Source: an uncultured virus (IMG/VR IMGVR_UViG_3300037851_001367)
Taxonomy: Duplodnaviria; Heunggongvirae; Uroviricota; Caudoviricetes
DNA: 64,000 bases
Virus record (IMG/VR): IMGVR_UViG_3300037851_001367
Reading direction: 5' to 3' (one strand)
This document shows positions 27,449 through 36,495 of this stretch, piece after piece. Under the pieces are notes generated by a model that worked only from the letters and a program-made list of their open reading frames with translations, was not told where the DNA came from and made no database searches. The first letter of the stretch is position 1. Each line of letters starts with the position of its first letter. Made by a program: the position numbers and the translations under genes.

Positions 27449-27795
27449 GCGATCCCAAGGACTTCATTTTCCCCATCATCAAGCGTCCGGAGCGACAGCC
27501 TCGCGACCCGTGGGAGACGGCCAGTCCAGAGGAGGTCCAGAAGGCCCGCGATCTGGAGGCCGTCCTCGGCGTCAACGAGGACCTCGCCGAGTGCATGGAG
27601 GAAGGCTGCACCGAGAAGCGGTGCGTGATTCCGGGGGAGGGTGAGTCGGTCCTGTGCGAGTTCCACACCCGGGAGGTCCTCATGTGCCGGGCAAAAGCCC
27701 CGCCCATCCGTCGCGGCTTCGACTATCAGTCCGTCGGGCGGAAGACCTTCCTCGTGGAGGACATTTCCTTCCTGGACAAGCCCGAGGATGAGTGA
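27445..27795 (+). CDS. hypothetical protein
   Basis: ATGA overlap. Confidence 0.7.
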   Translation: MSDPKDFIFPIIKRPERQPRDPWETASPEEVQKARDLEAVLGVNEDLAECMEEGCTEKRCVIPGEGESVLCEFHTREVLMCRAKAPPIRRGFDYQSVGRKTFLVEDISFLDKPEDE

Positions 27796-28012
27796 CCGTG
27801 GCTGGTTCGGGGACTGGGACGCGCCCATCTGCCGGCTCACGCCGAAGCTCCCGACGCCCCGAAACCTGCTCTGCTCGTACTGCGGCATTCCCTTCAAGGA
27901 CGGCGACCGCGGCGTCATTCTTCCGCTCATGCACGACGGGCCAGCCTCGTGCGCCTACCACCACAACTGCTTCATGAACTCGATACTTCCGCCCGAGAAG
28001 AGGCTGTCTTGA
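27788..28012 (+). CDS. small Zn-binding protein, paralog of the N-terminal half of 41383-41754
   Basis: WFG.W...C....TP...CxxC..P....DRG.I...HxxC. Confidence 0.7.
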   Translation: MSDRGWFGDWDAPICRLTPKLPTPRNLLCSYCGIPFKDGDRGVILPLMHDGPASCAYHHNCFMNSILPPEKRLS

Positions 28013-28320
28013 AGAAGGTTGAACTCAAGATTCCCGAGTCCTCCAAGGACCTCCCTCCCGAGCTGCGCCAGAAGATCCAGCAGCTCATCCGCACCGCCAA
28101 GCGGAACAAGGACCCGATCTGCGTCATCGAGCGCGTCGGCCTCATGGAGCTGGAGCTGCGCATCACCGAGGAAGAGACGGTCGGCGGTCCGGACCATGCG
28201 ACCTACTGGACCTGCAACGTCCGGCCCGTCCCGAAGTTCGTGTGCTCGTCCTTCAACGTCGAGGCCGCTCCTGGGCCCGGTGGCCTCAAGCCCGCGCGTC
28301 GTCGCCGGAGGCGCCCTTGA
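28009..28320 (+). CDS. hypothetical protein
   Basis: TTGA overlap. Confidence 0.6.
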   Translation: MKKVELKIPESSKDLPPELRQKIQQLIRTAKRNKDPICVIERVGLMELELRITEEETVGGPDHATYWTCNVRPVPKFVCSSFNVEAAPGPGGLKPARRRRRRP

Positions 28321-28541
28321 CCGCGACGGAGCAGGCTGCCGAGGACGTCGTCGACGCTTACCTGCAGGATATGACCGCCGAACAGCAGTCCTTCTTCGAC
28401 CCCTGGGTCCAGGGCGAGCTCGAAGCCGGCCGCATCCCGAAGGACCCCGACGTCTTCACGCTGCGGACCATCGTCCGCTCGTGGCTCGGCGGCTGGTCGG
28501 CCTCGCACATGCACCTCGTTCAAGGAGTCCACGACCTATGA
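28317..28541 (+). CDS. hypothetical protein with C-terminal tag (VQGVHDL)
   Basis: TTG start after GGAGG, overlapping the upstream stop. Confidence 0.7.
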   Translation: MTATEQAAEDVVDAYLQDMTAEQQSFFDPWVQGELEAGRIPKDPDVFTLRTIVRSWLGGWSASHMHLVQGVHDL

Positions 28542-28813
28542 ACAAGAACCCTCCCCCGCCCGAGGTCGGTGACGTGTTCGAAGGTCCTGAGATCGGACAC
28601 GGCGTCCCGGTCCGGACGATGCGCAAGGGTCGATACTACGTCCGTGCCGTCGTCGACGCTTTCGAGGATGACGAATACGGCTGGATCTACCAGGTCGTCT
28701 TTCGCTTCCACACACGCCACAAGGGCTGGCGCTACGAAATCGTCAGCGCCCACGCAATCGGCCTCGGCCTCTACAGGAAGATCTCCAAAGCCAAGCGCAA
28801 GAAGGCATCATGA
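28538..28813 (+). CDS. hypothetical protein
   Basis: ATGA overlap. Confidence 0.7.
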   Translation: MNKNPPPPEVGDVFEGPEIGHGVPVRTMRKGRYYVRAVVDAFEDDEYGWIYQVVFRFHTRHKGWRYEIVSAHAIGLGLYRKISKAKRKKAS

Positions 28814-29154
28814 AGCTCGACTACTTCTTCTACCAGGTCCAGACCGAGGTCGTCTTCACGGAGGCCGACGTCGACGCCGCCATGCGCTGCTCGCAGCGCC
28901 ACTACGACGCCAAATGCCGCAGCCTCTCGGAGGTCGGCGGCTTCCTCTACGGCATGAAGAACCAAGTCCGCGGTGAGGCGGGTGCCACGCGCGGCTTCTC
29001 CTGCCAGGAGCTCGACACCCTGCAGAAAGTCCTGGAGCAGGCCCAAGGGTCGGAGGAAGTCTCTCTTTACCACGCCGTTCGCGAAGTCTTTGCCAGCGCG
29101 CGCAAGGAGTCCGAGAGGGTCAACGCGAACTCCCTCCCCGCAGGCGCGCCGTAG
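28810..29154 (+). CDS. hypothetical protein
   Basis: 114-aa ORF. Confidence 0.7.
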   Translation: MKLDYFFYQVQTEVVFTEADVDAAMRCSQRHYDAKCRSLSEVGGFLYGMKNQVRGEAGATRGFSCQELDTLQKVLEQAQGSEEVSLYHAVREVFASARKESERVNANSLPAGAP

Positions 29155-29196
29155 CTCGGGCTCCGCCGCTCGTACGGATCGGCGGAGGTGATGGAG

Positions 29197-30024
29197 ATGC
29201 TGATGGGCAACGCGAGCGAGGAGATCATCCAGGCCACGGGCGGCACGGGCACGGACACCGAGGGCAACGCCGTCATCGACGAGCGGCTCAAGGCCTTCCT
29301 GGAAACGCTCAACACGCGGAAGATCGCGCACGACCGCCTCATCACGCAGGGCGTCTGCTCCCACTGCGGCCACTGCCACCAGCCGCTCTCCGACGCGGTG
29401 AGCATCGAGCGCGGCATCGGCCCGGTCTGCAGCAAGAAGGGCTACTTCGAGGACCCGAAGGACGGCGACGTGACGGAGGCGATGATCGCGCTCGCGGAGT
29501 ACCCGCAGCTCGTCGAGTTCCTCCTCGCGCACAACAAGCCGGACAACCTCCGCGGCCTGATGAACGCGCTCGTGAAGGTCTGCTCGCTCAACCGCGGCAA
29601 CGCCAACCTCCACGCGGCCTGCTGCGACGCCATCGAGGCCCTCGGCTGGACCAAGCTCGCGAACGCGATGCGCGAGAGCATCTCGTGCATGGTCATCAAG
29701 GCGTCGAAGACCAATCCGGGCCACTACGAGGTCTACGTCAAGCGCGGCCACTGGAACTACTCGTGGGACCGCGACGTCCTGCGCATCCCGGGCGCGACGA
29801 AGCAGCGCAACCCCACGCTCCACGTGCGGATTCCGATCCACGCGGCGGACGACCCGAAGCGCGCGTTCGGCGGCATCTTCGACGGCAAGAAGATGTCGAA
29901 CAAGGCGGCCCTCTGGTCGCTCATGGTGAAGCACTTCGCCGGGCGGTGCGCCAAGACGCCGAACGGCGGCGTGAAGATCCTCGACAAGAACGGCCCCAAG
30001 TCCGAGCCCCCGCCCGCCCAATGA
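29197..30024 (+). CDS. DUF6011-like Zn-finger protein
   Basis: CGHCHQPLSDAVSIERGIGPVC; promoter GTAGCTC-N13-CGTAC-N8-GGAGGT at 29151-29189. Confidence 0.8.
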   Translation: MLMGNASEEIIQATGGTGTDTEGNAVIDERLKAFLETLNTRKIAHDRLITQGVCSHCGHCHQPLSDAVSIERGIGPVCSKKGYFEDPKDGDVTEAMIALAEYPQLVEFLLAHNKPDNLRGLMNALVKVCSLNRGNANLHAACCDAIEALGWTKLANAMRESISCMVIKASKTNPGHYEVYVKRGHWNYSWDRDVLRIPGATKQRNPTLHVRIPIHAADDPKRAFGGIFDGKKMSNKAALWSLMVKHFAGRCAKTPNGGVKILDKNGPKSEPPPAQ

Positions 30025-30239
30025 GCTACCGGCGCATTCTGATCGGCGAGGTGAAGCCCGGTGACGACGTCGTCACCGGGTGCGGCGACCTCCTTCGAGT
30101 CACGTCGGTGGAGGTCGCCACGGACGCCGTCTGCCTCCACGGCCATCACTTCGTCGGGTGCAGCTTCAACAAGCTCCCCGGCTCGTTCACGGACGTCCAC
30201 GAGGCGGCGGTCATCCGGATCGCGGAGAGTCAGTCATGA
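30021..30239 (+). CDS. hypothetical protein
   Basis: ATGA overlap. Confidence 0.6.
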   Translation: MSYRRILIGEVKPGDDVVTGCGDLLRVTSVEVATDAVCLHGHHFVGCSFNKLPGSFTDVHEAAVIRIAESQS

Positions 30240-30415
30240 GGCGGACCTTCGTGGCGACAGTCTACATGACCTTCGAGACCGACGACGAGGGCGAGGAGCT
30301 GAACGGCCGGGTCGTGTCGGACCTGATCGAGAAGAAGCTCGAAGACTCTCATCCGGAGGTTCACGCGGTCTACGTCGATGAGCCGCTCGAAACTGACGCT
30401 CACGTGGGAGACTGA
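30236..30415 (+). CDS. hypothetical protein
   Basis: ATGA overlap. Confidence 0.6.
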   Translation: MRRTFVATVYMTFETDDEGEELNGRVVSDLIEKKLEDSHPEVHAVYVDEPLETDAHVGD

Positions 30416-30417
30416 CC

Positions 30418-30741
30418 ATGCAGCACGGGACCCGCGTCCGCATGACGGAGTACCTCAAGTACCGCCTCCGAGGGGAGTGCGGGAAGGCCGGCAAACACCT
30501 CGGTCCATGGGATCCGGAGGGTGAGGACGACCAGTGCTGGGGATGCTCCTCCGCGCACGTGGAGGAGTTCGGCGACCAGGTCGGCGTCGTGGAGGGCCTC
30601 GCGGACTACAACAACTGCAAGCCCGGCGACCCGGGCTACGACCCTTCGAAGGTTGGCCCCGAGGTCACGGTCGTATGGCCGGGCAATCTCCGGTATCACT
30701 ACGGCCCGGGCGACCTGGAGAAGGTTGAAGATGCACCCTGA
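30418..30741 (+). CDS. hypothetical protein
   Basis: 107-aa ORF. Confidence 0.7.
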   Translation: MQHGTRVRMTEYLKYRLRGECGKAGKHLGPWDPEGEDDQCWGCSSAHVEEFGDQVGVVEGLADYNNCKPGDPGYDPSKVGPEVTVVWPGNLRYHYGPGDLEKVEDAP

Positions 30742-31225
30742 CACGCCCATCCGCGTCCTCGACGAGATCATCCGCCGCTACGGCGTGACCTGCGTGCAGC
30801 TCGTCCCGTTCGAGGGAGGCGGATACTGCGTCAATATCGGCTCCGCGGTCGAGCCCGTCGAGGTGGGTGCGGGCAGCCTTCCGGAGGCCATCGGAAAGGC
30901 CTTCCTGGAGCTCATGAGGAAGCTAGGACGGCCGTCGTTCGACCAGCTCCTTGAGCTGTCCTCCCTGGGCACGCCGGGGGCCAAGGCGTTGCGCGAGTCC
31001 GCTCCAAAGGACGCGATGCAGAGCGTCGTGCTCCGCTCGAAGGAGCTCGAAAGGGGACTGCCTGCGACTCACTTTGCCACTTACGCTCCGGGACCCGGTC
31101 GGTGGGGTTCGGCGTGCGGCAGGGGCCGGGAGTGGTCGCAGGACCCGGACGAAGTCTCCTGCCTCCGATGTCGTCGTTCGCCCTTCTTCAAGGACGCAGT
31201 AAGGCGCAAGGCGAGCGCGTCGTAG
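30731..31225 (+). CDS. hypothetical protein with C-terminal H...C...CxxC finger
   Basis: THF...ACG...VSCLRC. Confidence 0.65.
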   Translation: MHPDTPIRVLDEIIRRYGVTCVQLVPFEGGGYCVNIGSAVEPVEVGAGSLPEAIGKAFLELMRKLGRPSFDQLLELSSLGTPGAKALRESAPKDAMQSVVLRSKELERGLPATHFATYAPGPGRWGSACGRGREWSQDPDEVSCLRCRRSPFFKDAVRRKASAS

Positions 31226-31254
31226 GTCGTGCGCTCGCCGCGGTAACGGCGAGT

Positions 31255-31833
31255 ATGGCAATGGCAGCCGTGATCGCACCACGACGAAACCCCTCCCTCA
31301 GCCTCGAAGACTTGAGACAGGCCGCGGCGAAGGTCGACACGCCCGGACTCAAGGTCTTTACCTCGGAGGACCGCGCGTCGGGCGCCGCCATCAAGACCCC
31401 GCACGGAGAGTCCCTCGTCTTCGTCTATGCCGTGCTGCGGCACGACAAGCGAGTGAAGCTGACCTTCAGTCGGCAGGACAACCCGTTCCAGGACGCGGTC
31501 GTCAACTTTCAGACGTTCGACAAGAACGCCGCCTTCGCCGCGGCCATCCGGATCTTCGTCGGCAACCACGATCCGCGGTTCCGAAACAAAGCGGCCGTCG
31601 CCGCGCTCGTCGACCGGGACGGCGTCCCCGAGGTCGCCAAGGCGATGCCCAGGGTCTTCTCCGACTTCATGTTCGCTACCCTCCACGTCTTCAACTGCAA
31701 GCTTGGCGTGGACCGTAGCGGGGCTTTGAACAAGCTCCGTGAGCAGATCCGGCTCCTCGTCCCCCACCTGTCGGAGGAGGAAGTTGTCTGTATCTACAGG
31801 GAAGAGGTTGTGGACTGGGTCAACAATTCGTAG
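31255..31833 (+). CDS. hypothetical protein with C-terminal tag variant (VVDWVNNS)
   Basis: ATG 8 nt after GTAGGTC-N13-GGTAA (31222-31246). Confidence 0.75.
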   Translation: MAMAAVIAPRRNPSLSLEDLRQAAAKVDTPGLKVFTSEDRASGAAIKTPHGESLVFVYAVLRHDKRVKLTFSRQDNPFQDAVVNFQTFDKNAAFAAAIRIFVGNHDPRFRNKAAVAALVDRDGVPEVAKAMPRVFSDFMFATLHVFNCKLGVDRSGALNKLREQIRLLVPHLSEEEVVCIYREEVVDWVNNS

Positions 31834-31876
31834 ATAGGTCGTTTTGCAGAGTAGAGGATTGGGGAGGAGTTTTTCC

Positions 31877-32788
31877 ATGCAAAGGTTCAAGTTCGTTCTT
31901 TTCTCGGCGCTCGTCGCGCTGGCCGCCTGCGGCTCGGAGGCGGGGTCGGGGCAAGGCCCTCTTGGCGTTGTCGGAACTCCTCCGGAGAAGACCGCCGACA
32001 TGGACAGCTCCTCGTCAGCCGAGGGCGGCCAAAGCGTCAACGGCGACTCCGGAACCGGACCGGACGCAGATTCGGACTCAGGCGGGCCCGACGCGGGCGG
32101 CGGAGGCCCGACCGGGCCCGACGCGGGCGGCGGAGGCCCGACCGGGCCCGACGCAGGCGGTGGCGGCGGGCCGGTCGTCACGTCCAACTTCCACAACTGG
32201 TCGGGGTGGAACGACGCGACAGCCTGCCCCGCGTGGAACACCACGCCGTACGCCTGGAAGGAGCCCAGGACCACGGGCATCGGAACCAAGGCCTGTGGGG
32301 CTGGCGACGTGTTCGCAACCGGCGGCCTGTATGAAGCGTACCTCGGCCCGAACGCCAATGCGACGACCCAGGCGCAGTGGGATTCGACGCATGCCACCTG
32401 CAAGCAGTGCGCCATTTCGGACTGGAACGACCCCGTCTGGGGGCCCGTCGTCCGAACGCCCAACGGTCATTATATCCTCAACCAAGCCGGGTGCGCAACG
32501 CTCAAGGACCCTACGCGAAAGTCCTGCGCGCTCTCGAACTGGCAGTACCGACAGTGCGGGAAGGAGGCCTGTGACAATTCCGTCGGGCAGCCCGCTTACC
32601 AACAATGCGTGGACGCCGCCTCGAACACGATCAACGGAGCCTGCGGTGAGGCCGCGTTCGGCGCGAGCAAGGGCGACTACACCCTCTACAGCAACTCGTC
32701 TTCCGCCTGGAGTTCGTGCTATGCCGTCAACACGGGTGACAACCTGAAGTCCACGGCGACGTACGTGGTCACTGCACAGTGCTACTGA
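31877..32788 (+). CDS. Cys-rich lipoprotein of myxobacterial style
   Basis: lipobox LAAC; Gly/Asp/Pro linker with three GPDAGGGG repeats; Cys-rich C-terminal domain. Confidence 0.8.
   Translation: MQRFKFVLFSALVALAACGSEAGSGQGPLGVVGTPPEKTADMDSSSSAEGGQSVNGDSGTGPDADSDSGGPDAGGGGPTGPDAGGGGPTGPDAGGGGGPVVTSNFHNWSGWNDATACPAWNTTPYAWKEPRTTGIGTKACGAGDVFATGGLYEAYLGPNANATTQAQWDSTHATCKQCAISDWNDPVWGPVVRTPNGHYILNQAGCATLKDPTRKSCALSNWQYRQCGKEACDNSVGQPAYQQCVDAASNTINGACGEAAFGASKGDYTLYSNSSSAWSSCYAVNTGDNLKSTATYVVTAQCY
32084..32169 (+). repeat. 30-bp tandem coding repeat (about 3 copies)
   Basis: GGGCCCGACGCGGGCGGCGGAGGCCCGACC units encoding GPDAGGGGPT. Confidence 0.85.
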
Positions 32789-32789
32789 C

Positions 32790-33203
32790 ATGACGAGCTA
32801 CTTTGACCGTGCGGAGAGGGAAGTCTCGCGGCTCACCTTCTCCGACGCCGAAAGCTACCTCAAGGCGGTCGCCGCGGTCGAGGAGCCCGTCCTCCGTGAC
32901 GTGCTCCTCAACACCGGGGATCGCGAGTTCCCTGACGACCTCCGCGAGAAGATCCTCGGCATCATCGCGGTCAAGGCCCTGGAGGGGCCGGGCAAGCTCC
33001 CCGCGACTCAGAACGCCCGCGACTACGCGCTCCAGGTCCGGAGGTCCGAGCTTCTCGCCGACCTGCACTCTGCCTTCCACGTTCTGGCCTCGCGCCGCGT
33101 GAAGTGCCGGTGGGGCTTCTGGAGCGACTCGCCCAGCCAGAACCTCCTGAGCCGCAAGTGCCACGACGAGCCGGACTCCGACGAGCGTAAGGCCGAACCA
33201 TGA
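32790..33203 (+). CDS. hypothetical protein
   Basis: 137-aa ORF. Confidence 0.65.
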   Translation: MTSYFDRAEREVSRLTFSDAESYLKAVAAVEEPVLRDVLLNTGDREFPDDLREKILGIIAVKALEGPGKLPATQNARDYALQVRRSELLADLHSAFHVLASRRVKCRWGFWSDSPSQNLLSRKCHDEPDSDERKAEP

Positions 33204-33216
33204 CAATTCCGGCCTC

Positions 33217-33315
33217 GAAAATCGGGTTCTGCACCGCGTACCGACCCGACCTTTGAAGGACAGGCTGGCACCAATTGGCTCACGCGCGCCGTAAGTCCCG
33301 ATCGCGCTCCCGTAG
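33217..33315 (+). promoter_or_regulatory. tandem ECF-like promoters
   Basis: GAAAATC-N13-CGTAC (33217-33241) and GTAAGTC-N13-CGTAG (33291-33315). Confidence 0.6.
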
Positions 33316-33401
33316 CGGGCAGGGAGGACGACGGGTCCGGCTCCCGCGGAATTGACCGCGACACGCCATGGACTCCCGACTCCCAAGAAACGGAGACCGA
33401 C

Positions 33402-34151
33402 ATGGCCGCGAAGCCCACGAAGAAGAAGGACCAAGCCCCGACCCCCGCCCCGAGCGGTCCGTCCGCGCTGGAGACGCTCCTTGCGCTCAGCACCAACTCG
33501 CCGCCGCCGAAGGGCTCGGCCACGATCGTCCAGTCCCTCTCCGATCCGGCGCTCCAGGGCGCGACGAAGAAGGGCTCCGTGGTCCAGCTCGGCCTCGACC
33601 CGCACTTCACCGACCGTGCGAAGCACTGCGCCGACCTCAACGAGGCGCTCAAGAACGCCGAGACCGCGTTCTCGGTCATGCAGACCGAGCTACGCGACTA
33701 CGGCGCCGAGAAGCGCGAGCGCTACAACGACCTCTTCAACGCCGACGCAATCACGGTCTGCGTTCCCTACGAGGTGGAGGCGCCGGGCCAGCCGAACGGC
33801 AAGGAGCGGAAGTTCGTCCAGGTCATCTGCACCAACAAGTACTCGGTGCAGCAGGACGTGATCAAGGGCTCGAAGGAGGCGCTCGGCGAGCACTACGACC
33901 GCCTGTTCGAGGAGACCACGACGCGCACGCTCAAGCCGAACGCCGAGGATCTGCTTCGGAACCTCTTCCTGGAGCTGAAGGTTCCGGCGGACCGGATCGA
34001 CGCCACTCTCGACTCCCTCCGCGACGTCAACGTCTCGGTCAAGACGAAGCCCGACTACGAGAAGCAGTCGAAGCACGTCCCCGAGGCGGTCAAGACGATC
34101 CTCGACCAGGGCGTCAAGCGCCAGCAGCCCGGCCTGAAGTTCCAGGGCTGA
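33402..34151 (+). CDS. hypothetical protein
   Basis: 249 aa, strong codon bias, GGAG RBS. Confidence 0.85.
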   Translation: MAAKPTKKKDQAPTPAPSGPSALETLLALSTNSPPPKGSATIVQSLSDPALQGATKKGSVVQLGLDPHFTDRAKHCADLNEALKNAETAFSVMQTELRDYGAEKRERYNDLFNADAITVCVPYEVEAPGQPNGKERKFVQVICTNKYSVQQDVIKGSKEALGEHYDRLFEETTTRTLKPNAEDLLRNLFLELKVPADRIDATLDSLRDVNVSVKTKPDYEKQSKHVPEAVKTILDQGVKRQQPGLKFQG

Positions 34152-34160
34152 CCGTCGACG

Positions 34161-34191
34161 CGACGGCCGCGGGCCTCACCCGCGGCCGTCG
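34161..34191. terminator. hairpin between convergent genes (possible bidirectional terminator)
   Basis: CGACGGCCGCGGG-cctca-CCCGCGGCCGTCG; no U-tract. Confidence 0.5.
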
Positions 34192-34382
34192 TCGTATCCG
34201 CCCTGCTTTCGCCAGCACTCTTCGCACATGGAGGCGTCGAACACCTTCGGGGCTCCGCAGGAGCACCTCGTCGGGTCGTTCCGCCTCTCGTCGTATCCGG
34301 CACCCTTGTGCCAGCAGGTTTCACAGCAGTCGGCGTCGGCGTACCTGTCCCGCCCGCACGCGCAAACGTTGGGGCCCCTCAT
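34176..34382 (-). CDS. small protein with an internally duplicated CxCG...CxxCW...GYD finger
   Basis: CACG...CETCW...GYDE and CSCG...CEECW...GYDD. Confidence 0.7.
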   Translation of the reverse strand: MRGPNVCACGRDRYADADCCETCWHKGAGYDERRNDPTRCSCGAPKVFDASMCEECWRKQGGYDDGRG

Positions 34383-34466
34383 GTGGAAAACGTAGGGCCA
34401 AAAGTTTATCCAGGCCAGCCGTAGCTCGCGCTGCGCCGAGCGTACCGGACGGTGGAGGTGACGGTG

Positions 34467-34826
34467 ATGGCAGCGACGGCGAAGCGAAACGACCCGCCGC
34501 GGACGGCGGACGAACAGCGGATCGAGGACTTGGAGGCGGGCTCCGAGCTCTTCGTCGCAGTGGCGTACCACTACGCCCAGTTCGACGGTGAGGATGGGGA
34601 CTGGGAGATCCTCGACGAGGAGGACACCGACGAGGTCGTCATCGGCGTGTTCACGAGTGAACGGCTCTACCGGATCGGCGTCGAGTGCTATGTCGAGGAG
34701 TTCGAGGTGGTGGAGGGAGGCAACGGGCCCATCGCCGCCGTCGGAGTCTTCCAGTCTACGCTGAACCAGCACGGCACCGGACCCAACGTCAACGGCTACG
34801 ACCCCCACAGCGGGTGGCGCCGATGA
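34467..34826 (+). CDS. acidic hypothetical protein
   Basis: promoter GTAGCTC-N13-CGTAC-N8-GGAGGT at 34421-34459. Confidence 0.75.
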   Translation: MAATAKRNDPPRTADEQRIEDLEAGSELFVAVAYHYAQFDGEDGDWEILDEEDTDEVVIGVFTSERLYRIGVECYVEEFEVVEGGNGPIAAVGVFQSTLNQHGTGPNVNGYDPHSGWRR

Positions 34827-35020
34827 CCACGGTGAAAGAGCTGATCGCCGCACTTCAGAGGGTGAACCCGGACCTTCCGGTCGTCATCACCCCCAACGTC
34901 AACGGGATGGCTTTGCCGAAGTGGCACCTCGATGCCACGCGCATCGTGTTCGAGCAAGGGCCCGCTGAAGAGGGTGACGAGACGGTTTGCATGATCGAGG
35001 CGCACCCGAGGACCAAATGA
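34823..35020 (+). CDS. hypothetical phage protein (MTVKELIxxL-type N-terminus)
   Basis: MTTVKELIAALQRVNPDLPVV. Confidence 0.7.
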   Translation: MTTVKELIAALQRVNPDLPVVITPNVNGMALPKWHLDATRIVFEQGPAEEGDETVCMIEAHPRTK

Positions 35021-35256
35021 GCACCCTCATCCCAGGCCGTCAGATCCCGGTGGCCTCCAGCATCGCCCGCAGGCTGGAGGACCTCAAGGAGCAGGTCGTC
35101 AAGCTACACGCCGAGGCCGAGCGCGCCGGCCTGCACGACGATGCGAGAGAGTTGAGCTCCATCCGCGAGCACCTCTACGAGGTCGCCGACCGTCTGGAGC
35201 GCAAGGCTCGAAACTCCTACGTCGCAGCGCGCCGGGGAGAGGAGCTTCCGAAGTGA
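35017..35256 (+). CDS. hypothetical helical protein
   Basis: ATGA overlap. Confidence 0.65.
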   Translation: MSTLIPGRQIPVASSIARRLEDLKEQVVKLHAEAERAGLHDDARELSSIREHLYEVADRLERKARNSYVAARRGEELPK

Positions 35257-35900
35257 ATCCCGCGCGCAAGGCCGTCGAGAAGAAGGCCGCAAAGCGCCCC
35301 GACCGGGACGAGCTTCTGCAGGTCCTGCTCAAGAACCTGGACCGGCGAAAGCCCGTCTTCCACTGCTATCGCACGCAGGGATCGGTCCGCCTCGACATGA
35401 ACGGCTCCACCGTCGGATACGTCGAGGTCGACCAGGCCTCCGCGAACGTCGGCCTCGCGCTGAAGCTGAAGCGGCATTGGGGTGGCCTTGCGGCGCCCGT
35501 CATCTACGCCAAGGACGGCCAGCACGAGCGCAAGAAGGTCGCCGTCATCTGCGCCTTCCTCATGTACCAGTTCGACGACCGACCGTCCGAAGACCGCTTG
35601 AAGGAGCGCGTGTACCGGTACTCCGATCCGAAGAACTGGTACGACTCGTTCTCAAACGACCTGGACGGTGAGCTCACCGAGGCTCTTGCAGCGCAGAGGG
35701 CCGTGACCAAGGCCTGCCCGTACCTCATCGACGTTTTCCACGAGGTGTCTGCCGCGATGAAGAGCGCCCGGGGCGAGGACGTCGCCGAGGCCGTGGCCCG
35801 GGTCCGGAAGGAGCTCCCCTTCCTCACGAAGGCCCTCACTGTCGAGCAGTGGACATCCCTGTTCCACGAAACCGTCGTGGACGAGGTACACGACCTGTGA
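35253..35900 (+). CDS. hypothetical protein with C-terminal tag (VVDEVHDL)
   Basis: 215-aa ORF. Confidence 0.8.
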   Translation: MNPARKAVEKKAAKRPDRDELLQVLLKNLDRRKPVFHCYRTQGSVRLDMNGSTVGYVEVDQASANVGLALKLKRHWGGLAAPVIYAKDGQHERKKVAVICAFLMYQFDDRPSEDRLKERVYRYSDPKNWYDSFSNDLDGELTEALAAQRAVTKACPYLIDVFHEVSAAMKSARGEDVAEAVARVRKELPFLTKALTVEQWTSLFHETVVDEVHDL

Positions 35901-36082
35901 GCAAGCTCCAGAGCGCTGTCGACAAGGCGAGGGCCTCAGGTCACGACCTGGAGCACGACCCGCCTCACCTCCTGTCGTCGATGGACCGGTTCACCTGCCG
36001 CAAGTGCGGGAGGGCCGTCCTGGGCAACCACAGCACGGCCTACGGTTCGGCCACGGACGGACCGTGCAAGAGTGTAACGTGA
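35897..36082 (+). CDS. small H...CxxC...C protein
   Basis: GHDL...CRKCG...C; GTGA overlap. Confidence 0.6.
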   Translation: MSKLQSAVDKARASGHDLEHDPPHLLSSMDRFTCRKCGRAVLGNHSTAYGSATDGPCKSVT

Positions 36083-36086
36083 CGCC

Positions 36087-36407
36087 ATGCCGAAGGTCGG
36101 GGATCTCGACGAGTTCCTACGAGTGTGCAGAGGCCGGTCCGTCTACGTCACGGAGTCCGACGCTCGCTTTCGACGCTGCGTCCTCGCCGCCGTCCGGAAC
36201 GGGTTCGGCGAAAGCGACCTGTCGGGCCTCGACTCGGCAGCGGACAGGAAGTTCGTGTTGCGCCGCGAGATTCCGGCCGACCAGGTCGGCTCCTACGCCG
36301 CCACGTTCAAGACCCTGGTTCGGGACTACGAGGAGTACCTCGCCGACCCGGAGGCCTTCCTGCGCCCGAGGCGCCACGGCCCTCGCCGCTTCGCCCGCCC
36401 GTCATAG
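36087..36407 (+). CDS. hypothetical protein
   Basis: 106-aa ORF. Confidence 0.65.
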   Translation: MPKVGDLDEFLRVCRGRSVYVTESDARFRRCVLAAVRNGFGESDLSGLDSAADRKFVLRREIPADQVGSYAATFKTLVRDYEEYLADPEAFLRPRRHGPRRFARPS

Positions 36408-36408
36408 G

Positions 36409-36472
36409 GTATGGCATATATCTCGTCAGGATCTGGCATACACTTGCGGAAATCTCCCCAGGATCGGTGTAC
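36409..36472 (+). promoter_or_regulatory. two TGGCATAYA boxes plus ECF-like promoter
   Basis: TGGCATATA at 36412 and TGGCATACA at 36434; GGAAATC-N13-TGTAC at 36448-36472. Confidence 0.6.
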
Positions 36473-36495
36473 CCCGCCGCCTCACGGAGGTATCT

